Origin: Acidimicrobiia bacterium
GTDB taxonomy: Bacteria > Actinomycetota > Acidimicrobiia > Spongiisociales > ZC4RG35
Reading direction: 5' to 3'
DNA: 64,000 nt
Assembly: GCA_035281645.1 (NCBI GenBank)
Contig: DATEDN010000145.1
Coordinates: forward strand, 65,684 to 129,683
The notes below the pieces were generated by a model that saw nothing but the letters and a program-made list of their open reading frames with translations, did no database searches and was not told the origin of the DNA. The translations under genes were made by a program, and so were the position numbers. Positions 1 to 10,705 of the stretch are shown here, in pieces (position 1 is the first letter of the stretch; each line of letters opens with the position of its first letter).

Positions 1-284
1 AGGGCGAATAGCCCTCCCATGCTGAAAAGCACCAGGGCGACCACGAACGACCAGAAATAGCGCTCCCGCCCGTAGCCAAAGGGGTGGGTCTCATCGGCTG
101 CCCGAGCGGCTCGGCGGCCACCGAGCAACAGCAGGGCCTGGTTGCTGGTGTCGGCGAGCGAGTGGCCCGCTTCGGCCAGCATCCCCGCCGAACGGGTCAA
201 GACAAAGCCCACGCTCTTGGCGATCGCGATGCCGAGGTTGGCGAGAAGGGCGGCGACGATCGCCTTCTTGGAACCTTGTTGCAT
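1..284 (-). CDS. Cation diffusion facilitator (CDF) family transporter, N-terminal fragment; the gene runs off the window start
   Basis: My own translation of the minus strand from the ATG at 284 gives MQQGSKKAIVAALLANLGIAIAKSVGFVLTRSAGMLAEAGHSLADTSNQALLLLG...HPFGYGRERYFW. This is the typical CDF TM1-TM2 region with the HSxxD metal-site motif. It is absent from the ORF track because no stop lies in the window. Confidence 0.6.
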   Translation of the reverse strand, partial: MQQGSKKAIVAALLANLGIAIAKSVGFVLTRSAGMLAEAGHSLADTSNQALLLLGGRRAARAADETHPFGYGRERYFWSFVVALVLFSMGGLFA

Positions 285-365
285 TGCTGACGAGGGTAGG
301 GGGGCCCCCGGACGTTCTGTGGGCTGGCAGATAGGTAGGGCCGCCCTCCGAACCCTGGGTTCGGA

Positions 366-962
366 TTAGAAGGGGCGCCAGGGAGCCTGGTTGTCGATGT
401 CGCCAACGAAGTCGGGCAAGCTCTGGTGTTCGAGGGCCTGTCGCACTGCCATCCCCTCGCCCAGGTGATACCAGTAGTGATAGATGTTGCGAAGCAGAAA
501 CGTTCCCACGCTCGAGAAGCCCTCGGCGAGCGGCTGCGTCAACCGCTCCATGTCGAGGTCGATGAGCCACTCATCGGCAGCGGCGATGACCTGGTCCCAC
601 CATTCCCAAACCTCGGTCATCACCGGAATCGTCGCCGGCTTGCCGTAGGCGAATTCTTCGTCAAGCCGCGGGATCAAGATCGTGTTGCGGGCGCGCCGCA
701 ACCAATAACGCTCTTCTTGCCAGGCCAGGTGGCCCACCATCCAGCCAATCGAGTTCATAGGTCCGATCCGCCGGGCCCCGTCCTCATCGGAAACGTCCCA
801 CAGCCCGCGCCGAAACTCGGCTCGGGCGAAATGGAGTTGCTCCACGAGTGGAACGCTCACCATTCCGAGAATACCGAGCAGGCGACCCTCAGACGTCCGG
901 GTCTCAACTGGTAGTTTTATTGGGAATGACGAGCCATGCTCATCGAGCCATTCCCCGAGCAC
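366..962 (-). CDS. DinB-superfamily (DinB_2-like) protein
   Basis: 198 aa with spaced His motifs (MVGHLAWQEERYW, NIYHYWYHLGEG) typical of DinB four-helix-bundle metalloproteins. Confidence 0.6.
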   Translation of the reverse strand: MLGEWLDEHGSSFPIKLPVETRTSEGRLLGILGMVSVPLVEQLHFARAEFRRGLWDVSDEDGARRIGPMNSIGWMVGHLAWQEERYWLRRARNTILIPRLDEEFAYGKPATIPVMTEVWEWWDQVIAAADEWLIDLDMERLTQPLAEGFSSVGTFLLRNIYHYWYHLGEGMAVRQALEHQSLPDFVGDIDNQAPWRPF

Positions 963-1816
963 CAGACGAGCTGAGGAGACTGCGCGCCAGTCTCTTGCTG
1001 GCGGTGGGGTTCATGCTCGTCGAGATCGTCGGTGGGATAGTTACCGGGTCACTCGCTCTGCTCTCTGACGCCGGGCATATGGGAACCGACGCTCTCGGAC
1101 TGGGATTGGCGATGGCAGCGGCTATGGCCAATCGCATGCAACGGCCGGCTGGCCACACCTTTGGCCTCTACCGGCTCGAGATCCTTGCTGCCCTCGCCAA
1201 CACCCTCCTGCTCCTGGGATTGGCGGTCTACATCGTCATCGAATCAGCCAGTCGGCTGAACGCTCCGACTCCCATTGAGAGCGGTCCAATGCTGGCCATC
1301 GCTCTCGGCGGTCTCGTCGTCAACGTGATCAGCCTGCGCTGGCTGCAGGGACACTCACTCAACATCGCCGCCGCCCGGGCGGAAGTGGTGGCCGACCTGA
1401 CGGCATCGGCGAGCGTCGTTGTTGCTTCCCTTATCGTCGCCCTGACCGGCTGGACTCAGGTCGATTCGGTGGCGGCCCTGACCGTCGGGATCTTGATCGT
1501 GCCCCGGGCCTGGAAAATCGGACGCCAGGCCACCCGAATCCTGGTTCAGGCAGCGCCGCCCGACCTCGACTTGAAGAGATTGCGTGGCGAACTCGAAGCC
1601 ATCCCTGGCGTCGTCGACCTTCATGATCTCCACGTTTGGACGCTGACCTCGGGGATGGAAGTGGCCTCGGCCCATATCCTGGTGAAACCGGAGGTCGACC
1701 CACATTCCACGCTCGATCGGGCGAGGAGTCTGCTCGAGGAGACGTACGGGATCGCCCACGCCACATTTCAAGTTGAGTCGACTTCGCATCGAAATTGCCT
1801 CGAGATCGAATGGTGA
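926..1816 (+). CDS. Cation diffusion facilitator family metal efflux transporter (CzcD/ZitB-like)
   Basis: Motifs LLLAVGFMLVEIVGGIVTGSLALLSDAGHMGTDALGL and the C-terminal cytoplasmic domain DLHDLHVWTLTSG...SAHI. The track ORF starts at 848 and overlaps the DinB gene, so the in-frame ATG at 926 (MTSHAHRA) is preferred. Confidence 0.85.
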   Translation: MTSHAHRAIPRAPDELRRLRASLLLAVGFMLVEIVGGIVTGSLALLSDAGHMGTDALGLGLAMAAAMANRMQRPAGHTFGLYRLEILAALANTLLLLGLAVYIVIESASRLNAPTPIESGPMLAIALGGLVVNVISLRWLQGHSLNIAAARAEVVADLTASASVVVASLIVALTGWTQVDSVAALTVGILIVPRAWKIGRQATRILVQAAPPDLDLKRLRGELEAIPGVVDLHDLHVWTLTSGMEVASAHILVKPEVDPHSTLDRARSLLEETYGIAHATFQVESTSHRNCLEIEW

Positions 1817-4800
1817 GCTCGCGCCTACCATCGGCGGGTTGTCTTCCCCGCCTCTAGCCCATCTTCTCGAGCGCTGGCGAAAACCACTTGACGACGGCAG
1901 GCGTCTAGCTGTCTCGCCCGGTGCCCGCGCTTTCGCGCTGGCAGCAATGGCGCGGGGCGAGACCGTCGTAGCGGTGGTTCCCACCGAACGCGAGGCAGAA
2001 GACCTGGTCGACGACCTCTCCCTGTTCATCAGGCCGTTCCTGATACCCGCTTGGGAGACTCTCCCGTTCGAGCACATCTCGCCCAACCTCCAGACCATGG
2101 CCCGTCGAGCCGAAGGCCTTCGAATCCTCAAAGAGGCTCCCCCCGAGGTAGTGGTGGTTGCCTCGGCCCGGGCGGCGATGCAGCGCCTTTCGCCGTCGTC
2201 GCCCGATCCGATCGTGGTAGAGCGGGGAGAAGAGGTGTCGCTCACCGCATTGGTCGAGAAGCTGGCCGCTCTTGGTTACGAGCGGACCGATCGGGTCGAG
2301 GCGCGGGGCGAGTTCGCCGTGCGTGGGGGGATCATCGACGTCTTCCCGGCCCAGGCCGACGAAGCCATTCGGGTCGACCTTTTCGGTGATTCAGTCGAGG
2401 ACCTTCGCAAGTTCGCGATTGGCAATCAAAGATCCGACGAACGGGTGGACCGCCTGCTGGCCTATCCAGCTCGTGAATTCCGACCCGACGAGCCAACCCG
2501 TGTGCGGGCCCGCGACCTTGTCCGCAGCATGCCGGCGGCGTCCTCGACCTGGGAGCGATTGGCCGAGGGACAGATCTTTTCGGGGATGGAATCGTGGATG
2601 CCCTGGGTGGCGGAGCCGGTATCCCTGCTCGATGCCGCCTCGCAGAGCCGGATGGTTCTGGTCGACCCTCAGCGGAGCCGCGAGCGCGCCGCCGATCTCG
2701 CCAGAGAAGAAGAGGACCTGGCCTCCGCGCTTTCGCCCACATGGGGAATGGAGGCTGGCGACCATCCCGCCCTCTACCTTCCGTTGGAGGGCGATTTTCT
2801 GGAGATGCCATCGCTCCCGACGGGCCCCGCTGATCCGGTCTTGACCGTCCGCGGGCTTGAGGCCGTCCCCGGGAACCCGCAGTCTGTCGCCCTGGCCATC
2901 GATCGGCTCCAGCGGCTGGGAGTCGAGGTGGTGATCGCCATGGACGGTCAACAGGCGGCCGATCGAGTCGCTCGCGTTCTCGCCGAGGAAGGCGTGGCCC
3001 CACCGGTCATATCCCAGGGGATCCATCGTGGCTTCGTCGCTCCCGATCTCAAGCTGGCGGTTCTCGGCGAGCAGGAAATCGCCGGTCGGAGGCGGGCCCA
3101 TCGCAGCTCCGCCCGCAAGCGAGCCGACGCTGGCGTCAACTACGCCGACCTGACGGCGGGCGATTATGTGGTCCATCAGCGACATGGGATCGGCCGATTC
3201 GATGGACTGACGTCACGCACCATGGCTGGCATCGAGCGTGACTATCTGATGATCGGATACGCGGGAGAAGACCGGCTTTACGTGCCGATCGACCAACTGG
3301 CCTCGGTTCGCAAGTACACGGGAGGAGAAGAGCCCCGGATTTCGCGAATGGGCGGCAAGGATTGGTCGGAGACCAAGGATCGTGTGCGGCGGGCGGTGGC
3401 AGCGGTCGCCGAGCAAGTGGTTCGGCTCCATCGGGCGCGGGCCCGAGCCCGTGGATATGCCTTTCCTACCGATACCCCCTGGCAACGCGAGATGGAAGCA
3501 CTCTTTCCCTACGAAGAAACCCCGGATCAACTTGTGACCATCGACGAGGTCAAAGCCGATATGCAGAGCGATCAGCCGATGGATCGACTGGTGTTCGGCG
3601 ATGTCGGTTACGGCAAGACCGAAATCGCTATCCGGGCGGCGTTCAAGGCGGTCGAGGCTGGAAGACAGGTGGCGGTGCTTTGCCCGACGACTTTGCTGGC
3701 CCAGCAGCATCACCAGACGTTCTCCGAACGGTTCGAGCCCTATCCGGTCAGGGTCGAAGTGCTATCGCGATTTCTCACCAACCGGCAACAACAAAAGGTC
3801 GTGGCCGGCATCGCCAGCGGTGAGGTCGACATCGTCATCGCCACTCACCGGATCTTGTCCGATGACGTGCGCTGGAAGAACCTCGGTCTCGTCGTCATTG
3901 ACGAGGAGCAACGCTTTGGAGTGGCCGCTAAGGACCAATTACGAGCGTTGAAAGTGGGCGTGGACGTCCTCACCCTCACCGCCACTCCCATTCCCCGAAC
4001 CCTGGAGATGGCTCTCACCGGGATTCGCGACGTGAGTCACATTCGCACTCCTCCCGAGGATCGCCATCCCATCCTCACATTTGTTGGACCCTACGACGCC
4101 CAGACCGTGGCCGCGGCATTGCGAAGGGAGCTGTTGCGTGACGGGCAGGTCTTCTATGTTCACAACCGGGTCCGCTCGATCGATGAGGCCGTCGTCAGGT
4201 TGCAGTCGTTGGTTCCTGACGCCAGATACGTCGTCGCTCATGGACAGATGTCAGAAGGACAGCTGGAGCAGATCATGCTCGACTTCTGGAATCGCGAGTA
4301 CGACGTCATGGTGGCGACCACCATCATCGAATCGGGACTCGACCTTCCGCAGGTGAACACGTTGATCGTGGAGCGGGCCGATCTTTTGGGACTGGCCCAG
4401 CTCTATCAGCTTCGAGGACGAGTGGGCCGCTCCAGCCAACGGGCCTACGCCTACCTCTTTCATCCCGCCGATCAGGTGCTCAGCGAGGAGGCACACCGTC
4501 GTCTGGAGGCGATTGGAGAAGCAACCGATCTCGGTTCCGGATTTCATCTCGCCTTGAAGGACCTCGAGATTCGTGGGGCAGGATCGATCCTGGGCGAAGT
4601 GCAATCCGGTCATATCGCCGCCGTGGGGTTCGATCTCTATGCGGAGCTAGTCGCCGAGGCGGTGTCGAAGCTCGAAGGCCAAGTGCCGACCGAGGCTGAA
4701 ATCAGAGAAGTCAGGATCGAACTGCCGGTCGACGCTCACCTCCCCGATGCCTATCTGCCGGATCAATCGCTTCGGCTCGAGGCCTACCGACGTTTGGCGG

Positions 4801-5120
4801 CCGCCGAAACACCCGAGGCGGTGGAGGAGGCCAAAGCGGAATGGATCGACCGATTTGGCCCACTCCCACCCGAGGCCGGGGCGCTAATCGAGATCGCCCG
4901 CCTGCGGGTGGAAGCACTCCGGGTAGGGCTGACCGAGATCGTCAACCTTCGACACGAAGTGAGACTTGCTCCCGTGGAGCTATCGGCCAGCGAGGAGGTG
5001 CGCCTCGAACGCCTGGCCCCGAAAGCGGTAGTGCGGGACGGAGTGATGTTCGTACCGCTGCCGCGGGAGAATCCCGTGACCGGGATGATCGACTTCGTAC
5101 GCCGGATGTGGCCCGGCTGA
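1773..5120 (+). CDS. mfd: Transcription-repair coupling factor Mfd
   Basis: 1115 aa with a UvrB-homology N-terminus, a CarD-like segment (DYVVHQRHGIGRF), superfamily-2 helicase motifs (GDVGYGKTEIA, DEEQRFG, TATPIPRTL, QLYQLRGRVGRS) and a TRG-like C-terminus. The start is uncertain; an in-frame TTG at 1839 would avoid overlap with the CDF stop at 1816. Confidence 0.95.
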   Translation: MSRLRIEIASRSNGELAPTIGGLSSPPLAHLLERWRKPLDDGRRLAVSPGARAFALAAMARGETVVAVVPTEREAEDLVDDLSLFIRPFLIPAWETLPFEHISPNLQTMARRAEGLRILKEAPPEVVVVASARAAMQRLSPSSPDPIVVERGEEVSLTALVEKLAALGYERTDRVEARGEFAVRGGIIDVFPAQADEAIRVDLFGDSVEDLRKFAIGNQRSDERVDRLLAYPAREFRPDEPTRVRARDLVRSMPAASSTWERLAEGQIFSGMESWMPWVAEPVSLLDAASQSRMVLVDPQRSRERAADLAREEEDLASALSPTWGMEAGDHPALYLPLEGDFLEMPSLPTGPADPVLTVRGLEAVPGNPQSVALAIDRLQRLGVEVVIAMDGQQAADRVARVLAEEGVAPPVISQGIHRGFVAPDLKLAVLGEQEIAGRRRAHRSSARKRADAGVNYADLTAGDYVVHQRHGIGRFDGLTSRTMAGIERDYLMIGYAGEDRLYVPIDQLASVRKYTGGEEPRISRMGGKDWSETKDRVRRAVAAVAEQVVRLHRARARARGYAFPTDTPWQREMEALFPYEETPDQLVTIDEVKADMQSDQPMDRLVFGDVGYGKTEIAIRAAFKAVEAGRQVAVLCPTTLLAQQHHQTFSERFEPYPVRVEVLSRFLTNRQQQKVVAGIASGEVDIVIATHRILSDDVRWKNLGLVVIDEEQRFGVAAKDQLRALKVGVDVLTLTATPIPRTLEMALTGIRDVSHIRTPPEDRHPILTFVGPYDAQTVAAALRRELLRDGQVFYVHNRVRSIDEAVVRLQSLVPDARYVVAHGQMSEGQLEQIMLDFWNREYDVMVATTIIESGLDLPQVNTLIVERADLLGLAQLYQLRGRVGRSSQRAYAYLFHPADQVLSEEAHRRLEAIGEATDLGSGFHLALKDLEIRGAGSILGEVQSGHIAAVGFDLYAELVAEAVSKLEGQVPTEAEIREVRIELPVDAHLPDAYLPDQSLRLEAYRRLAAAETPEAVEEAKAEWIDRFGPLPPEAGALIEIARLRVEALRVGLTEIVNLRHEVRLAPVELSASEEVRLERLAPKAVVRDGVMFVPLPRENPVTGMIDFVRRMWPG

Positions 5121-5124
5121 TGCG

Positions 5125-5172
5125 TTCTTGCGTAAATTCGGGCGGGTTTTCTGCACCGGATTTACGCAAGAA
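5125..5172. repeat. Palindromic intergenic element, family A, copy 1 (TTCTTGCGTAAAT-N22-ATTTACGCAAGAA)
   Basis: Perfect 13-bp inverted repeat, 5 nt after the mfd stop and 19 nt before the PPIase start. Related copies are at 32996-33043 and 48403-48449. Confidence 0.8.
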
Positions 5173-5190
5173 TGAAAGTAACCTCCTTCC

Positions 5191-6096
5191 GTGCGGAAAT
5201 CCCTACTTTTGCTGGCGCTTCTCGTCGCGTGCGGGGGTGCTGGCAACGACGTCGCCGCCACGGTGAACGGGATCGACATCGCGGTCACCGACATCCAGGG
5301 AATGCGGGTCGGAGAGAGTTCCACCACCATCAATAAGACCCTTTTTGCCTCCGATCTCACCGACGCCATCATTGACACCGCCGTTGTAAACGCGGTGCTG
5401 AGCGAGTTCGGCTTCGATCCCACGGACGAGGAAATTGCAAGCAAGGTCTCCGAGCTCTCCGATGAGATCGAGACTGCGCAAGGGATTGGAGTTGACGAGT
5501 TTTTCGCCTCCCAGGGGCTGCCAGTGGAACGACTGCAGGTCATCGCCCGCCAACAGCTCATCCGCGATGAGTTGAGGGAGCAATTCGCCCCCGATATCGA
5601 TCCCGTCACCGACCAGGATGCGGAAATCTTGTTGGGTGCGGAACGACAGGGACGGACCAACGCCTGTGTACGCCACATCCTCGTCGCCACCGAAGAAGAT
5701 GCCAACGCGGCTCTGGCCCGGATTGAAGGTGGCGAGGCGTTTGAAGATGTGGCCGCCGACGTTGGAACCGACGGCACGGCGCCCAACGGAGGTGACCTCG
5801 GTTGTAACCGGCTCGGCCTCTATGTCGCCGAATTCGCCAATGCCGCCTTCGAGTCACCGATCGGGGAAGTGTCAGGCCCCCACCAAACGCAGTTCGGATA
5901 CCACCTGATCCTGGTTGAGTCGAGAGAGGAGCCGTCGCTCGAGGAGGTCAAGACGGAAATAAGCGACGCCCGGATTGGCGAGCTGGTCGCCGCCTGGATC
6001 CTCGAGCAGGTCAGCGCCGCCGAAGTGGAGGTCGATCCTCAGTACGGAACCTGGGTGCTCGAACCTACACCGATGGTGCAGGCTCCCACCAGCTAG
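5191..6096 (+). CDS. Parvulin-type peptidyl-prolyl cis-trans isomerase lipoprotein (PrsA/SurA-like)
   Basis: Lipoprotein signal MRKSLLLLALLVAC|GG. Parvulin core VRHILVATEEDANAALARIEGGEAFEDVAADVGTDG...GGDLG...FESPIGEVSGPHQTQFGYHLILVE. GTG start with no Shine-Dalgarno; a TAACCT box ends 7 nt upstream, so the transcript may be leaderless. Confidence 0.8.
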   Translation: MRKSLLLLALLVACGGAGNDVAATVNGIDIAVTDIQGMRVGESSTTINKTLFASDLTDAIIDTAVVNAVLSEFGFDPTDEEIASKVSELSDEIETAQGIGVDEFFASQGLPVERLQVIARQQLIRDELREQFAPDIDPVTDQDAEILLGAERQGRTNACVRHILVATEEDANAALARIEGGEAFEDVAADVGTDGTAPNGGDLGCNRLGLYVAEFANAAFESPIGEVSGPHQTQFGYHLILVESREEPSLEEVKTEISDARIGELVAAWILEQVSAAEVEVDPQYGTWVLEPTPMVQAPTS

Positions 6097-6098
6097 TC

Positions 6099-7484
6099 GT
6101 GCCGCTCCTGGTGATCGGCCTCGGTCCGGCCGGCTTGGAGCAACTGCCCCAATCGACCGCGGCTCTGCTGCTCAATCCTGGTTACAAGGTGGTATTGCGG
6201 ACGATTGCCCATCCGGCTGCTGAAGAACTATCCACCCTGCGGGAGGTGGTTACCTGCGACGACCTCTATGAGCGGGCCGACAACTTTGAGGAGGTCTACG
6301 CCGCCATCGTCGAACGGGTTGTCCAGTATGACGCGGAGGAACCGGTCATATACGCAGTTCCGGGAAGTCCCCTCATTGGCGAGTTCACCGTGGCGCAGCT
6401 GCGGAAGCGAGTACCGGTGAAGATCATTTCCTCGCAGTCGTTCCTCGACGCCACTCTCTCGGCAGTTGGTTACGACCCGTTAGATCGCGGGCTCAGGGTT
6501 CTCAACGGTCACACCCTGCCTACTCCTCTCCTCATCGATGGCCCCACGATCATTGCCCATCTCGACCAACCGCTGATACTCGCCGACGCCGTTGCTTCGC
6601 TTGGCCGCGTCATAGATGAAAGCTCGATGATCACCCTGGTGATCGATGCCGGCGGCGACAGGGAGCAATCGATCACGACGTCGATCGACGCGGTAGATCC
6701 GAGCCTCGCGGGGTTGCGAACGTCCATTTTCATCGACCCTGTCCCTGGCGGCTTGGCCGGAGTCATCGCAGTGATGGCGCGGCTTCGCAAAGAGTGCCCA
6801 TGGGATCGCGCTCAAACCCACGACAGTCTTGTCAAGAACCTTCTCGAAGAAACCCACGAGTTGGTCGATGCGATTGCTTCGGGGTCGGAAGGGGCGATTC
6901 TCGATGAGCTCGGCGACCTCCTTCTGCAGGTGCTCTTCCACAGCGAGATCGCGACCGGTTTCGAAGTCGACGACGTCGCCGAGAGCCTCCGTCAAAAGCT
7001 GGTTCGTCGTCACCCCCATGTCTTTGGTTCCGTCGTAGCTGGTTCACCCGAGGAGGTGAAGGCCAACTGGGAGCGGATCAAAGAAGACGAGCGCGGCCAC
7101 AGCCCCGCTTCCGCGCTCGACGGGGTCCCGGCGGGAATGCCGGCGCTGGAACGGGCGGCGAAGGTGGGCCGGAAAGCGGCGGCAGTCGGCTTCGACTGGC
7201 CCGATGCCGAGGGGGTATTCGACAAGATCGAAGAGGAGGTGGACGAGTTGCGTTCGGCGGTTTCGGGAGGTGATTTCGAGGCAGTCGAAGCGGAGCTCGG
7301 CGATCTCCTGTTTGCAGTCGTCAACCTCGCCCGTCACCTCGAATTGGATCCCGAGCTTGCCCTCAGCCGCACGATTCGGGAGTTCACCCGCCGATTCCAG
7401 GAGATGGAGAAGGAGGGTTCACTGGAAGGACTCGACCTCGATCAACTGGAAGCCCGCTGGGAGGCGGTGAAAAGGCCCGGATAG
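6099..7484 (+). CDS. mazG: MazG nucleoside triphosphate pyrophosphohydrolase with an N-terminal tetrapyrrole-methylase-like domain (YabN-type architecture)
   Basis: The C-terminal half carries two MazG repeats (ECPWDRAQTHDSLVKNLLEETHELVDAI...ELGDLLLQV and FDWPDAEGVFDKIEEEVDELR...ELGDLLFAVVNLARHL). The N-terminal ~220 aa resembles the TP-methylase fold. The position after mfd is conserved in Actinomycetota. Confidence 0.85.
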   Translation: MPLLVIGLGPAGLEQLPQSTAALLLNPGYKVVLRTIAHPAAEELSTLREVVTCDDLYERADNFEEVYAAIVERVVQYDAEEPVIYAVPGSPLIGEFTVAQLRKRVPVKIISSQSFLDATLSAVGYDPLDRGLRVLNGHTLPTPLLIDGPTIIAHLDQPLILADAVASLGRVIDESSMITLVIDAGGDREQSITTSIDAVDPSLAGLRTSIFIDPVPGGLAGVIAVMARLRKECPWDRAQTHDSLVKNLLEETHELVDAIASGSEGAILDELGDLLLQVLFHSEIATGFEVDDVAESLRQKLVRRHPHVFGSVVAGSPEEVKANWERIKEDERGHSPASALDGVPAGMPALERAAKVGRKAAAVGFDWPDAEGVFDKIEEEVDELRSAVSGGDFEAVEAELGDLLFAVVNLARHLELDPELALSRTIREFTRRFQEMEKEGSLEGLDLDQLEARWEAVKRPG

Positions 7485-7502
7485 GTAGGCCGGTAAGGTT
7501 GA

Positions 7503-9161
<1,659 letters not shown>

Positions 9162-9178
<17 letters not shown>

Positions 9179-9689
9179 CGCACCGGTCCGCGCCGATATC
9201 TCGGCGCAACTCGGCCGCCCCTTACGAGCCGCATCGACTGTTCTCCGTACCTGTCATTTGAGCCTGCCGGTCGTCATCGAGGTCCCCCCACTGCTCGATG
9301 ACGGCACGCCCTTTCCCACCCGCTACTGGCTGACCTGTCCACTGGCGATCAAGCGGATCTCGCGAATCGAGTCCCGCGGTGAGATTGGACGAATGGAGGC
9401 AAGGCGCAAGAGCGACGCGGCTTTCGCCGCCGAAGTCGATGCCGCCCACAAGCGTTACGAGGCAGAAAGGGACGCCCTGCTCCCAGCCGACGCCGATCCC
9501 CGGCCCCAGGGTGGGGTGGCGGGGGCGCGGGCGGGGATCAAGTGTTTGCATGCTCATTACGCCGACCACGCCGCCGGTAACTACAACCCCGCCGGGGTCA
9601 TAGTGGCGCCCCAAATCGAACCTCTCGATTGCGTAGAGCGGTGTGTCGTTGCCGGCGCCGTGAACCCCGACTGGCAGGAGCCCAAATAG
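9162..9689 (+). CDS. DUF501 domain protein
   Basis: Motifs PFPTRYWLTCPL and GIKCLHAHYA, in the conserved eno-ftsB-DUF501-ppx arrangement seen in mycobacteria. Confidence 0.7.
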
Positions 9690-10552
9690 CTTCGAATCCG
9701 ATCCGGGCGGCAGCGGTCGACATCGGCACCAACTCGATGCGTCTCCTCCTCGTCCAACAGGTCGGCTCGGGTGTTGTCGAACTGGGCCGCTTCGAGCGGG
9801 TGACCGGACTTGGGCGGGGCGTCGATGCGGCCGGAATGCTCTCGGAAGAAGCGATGGATCGGTCGCTGCTGGCGCTGGCGGAGTTTGGCGGCCGGATGAA
9901 AGAAGCCCGCGTGGACCGGCGACGGGCGGTGGCCACCTCTGCATCGCGAGATGCAGCCAACAGTGCGCCGTTCTTCGATCGGGCCGAGCTCGCCCTCGGG
10001 GTCCGACCGGAGCTAATCAGCGGCGAGGAGGAAGCTCGGCTGGCCTTCGCCGGCGCCAGTGGCCAGCACCCGGAGCCGTTGCTCGTGATCGACATCGGCG
10101 GTGGCTCGACCGAGTTCGTTACCCGGGCCGGCGGCACTTCTTACGAAATCGGGTCGGTTCGGCTCACCGATCGCCTGTTGGCGGAGCGGCCCGTGCCTGG
10201 GCCGGTGCTGGCCTCGGCACGGGCGATGGTGACCGAGGCTCTCGGGGGTGTGAGTGCCTTCAACGGTTCGGTAATGGGGGTGGCCGGAACCTGGACCAGC
10301 CTTGCTGCCATGGAGGAGACCGAGAAACTCAGCCGCGCGGTGGTGACGGCGTGGGTCGAGCGCCTGGCGGCGATGTCGCTCGAAGAGACCGCCGGAATTC
10401 CGGGCCTCGACCCGGCGCGGGCGCCGGTGATGCTCGGGGGAGCGATCGTGGCGGAGGGAGCCATGAGCGCAGCAGGTGCCGAGGAGGTAACGGTTTCCCA
10501 CCATGACCTTCTCGACGGGATCATCGCCAGCTTGATCGAGACCCCCTTCTAG
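9629..10552 (+). CDS. Ppx/GppA family exopolyphosphatase
   Basis: ASKHA-fold motifs AAVDIGTNSMRLLLV and VIDIGGGSTEF. The start is uncertain (TTG 9629 or GTG 9641) and overlaps the DUF501 end. Confidence 0.85.
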   Translation: MRRAVCRCRRREPRLAGAQIASNPIRAAAVDIGTNSMRLLLVQQVGSGVVELGRFERVTGLGRGVDAAGMLSEEAMDRSLLALAEFGGRMKEARVDRRRAVATSASRDAANSAPFFDRAELALGVRPELISGEEEARLAFAGASGQHPEPLLVIDIGGGSTEFVTRAGGTSYEIGSVRLTDRLLAERPVPGPVLASARAMVTEALGGVSAFNGSVMGVAGTWTSLAAMEETEKLSRAVVTAWVERLAAMSLEETAGIPGLDPARAPVMLGGAIVAEGAMSAAGAEEVTVSHHDLLDGIIASLIETPF

Positions 10553-10565
10553 CCTTTCTGGGTTC

Positions 10566-10646
10566 GCCCGGGTGCTGGAATGGGTATACAGAGAGGTCTT
10601 AAACACCTTGCCGAAAGGCGTGTGGGTTCGAGTCCCACCCCGGGCA
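10566..10646 (+). tRNA. tRNA-Leu (anticodon UAA), class II with a long variable arm; no encoded CCA
   Basis: Folded by hand. Acceptor GCCCGGG/CCCGGGC, anticodon stem GAGGT/ACCTT with loop CTTAAAC, variable arm GCCGAAAGGCGT, T arm GTGGG-TTCGAGT-CCCAC, discriminator A. Confidence 0.9.
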
Positions 10647-10705
10647 CGTATTCCTGTGGGCCGTAGCTCTCGAACCACAGCAGCAACCCTGGGTTCGCAA
10701 AGTTA

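Noticed and set aside
348-364. Hairpin CCGAAC-cctgg-GTTCGG after the DinB gene stop, as a terminator.
   Set aside because: It has only a 6-bp stem and no following U-tract on the relevant strand, which is too weak to call. The shared 13-mer AACCCTGGGTTCG at about 10685 is probably coincidental.
5171-5190. ATG at 5171 (within TACGCAAGAATGAA of family A copy 1) as an alternative start for the PPIase gene.
   Set aside because: It is out of frame with the PPIase ORF and opens only a short Arg/His-rich reading frame. The GTG at 5191 gives a canonical lipoprotein signal peptide.
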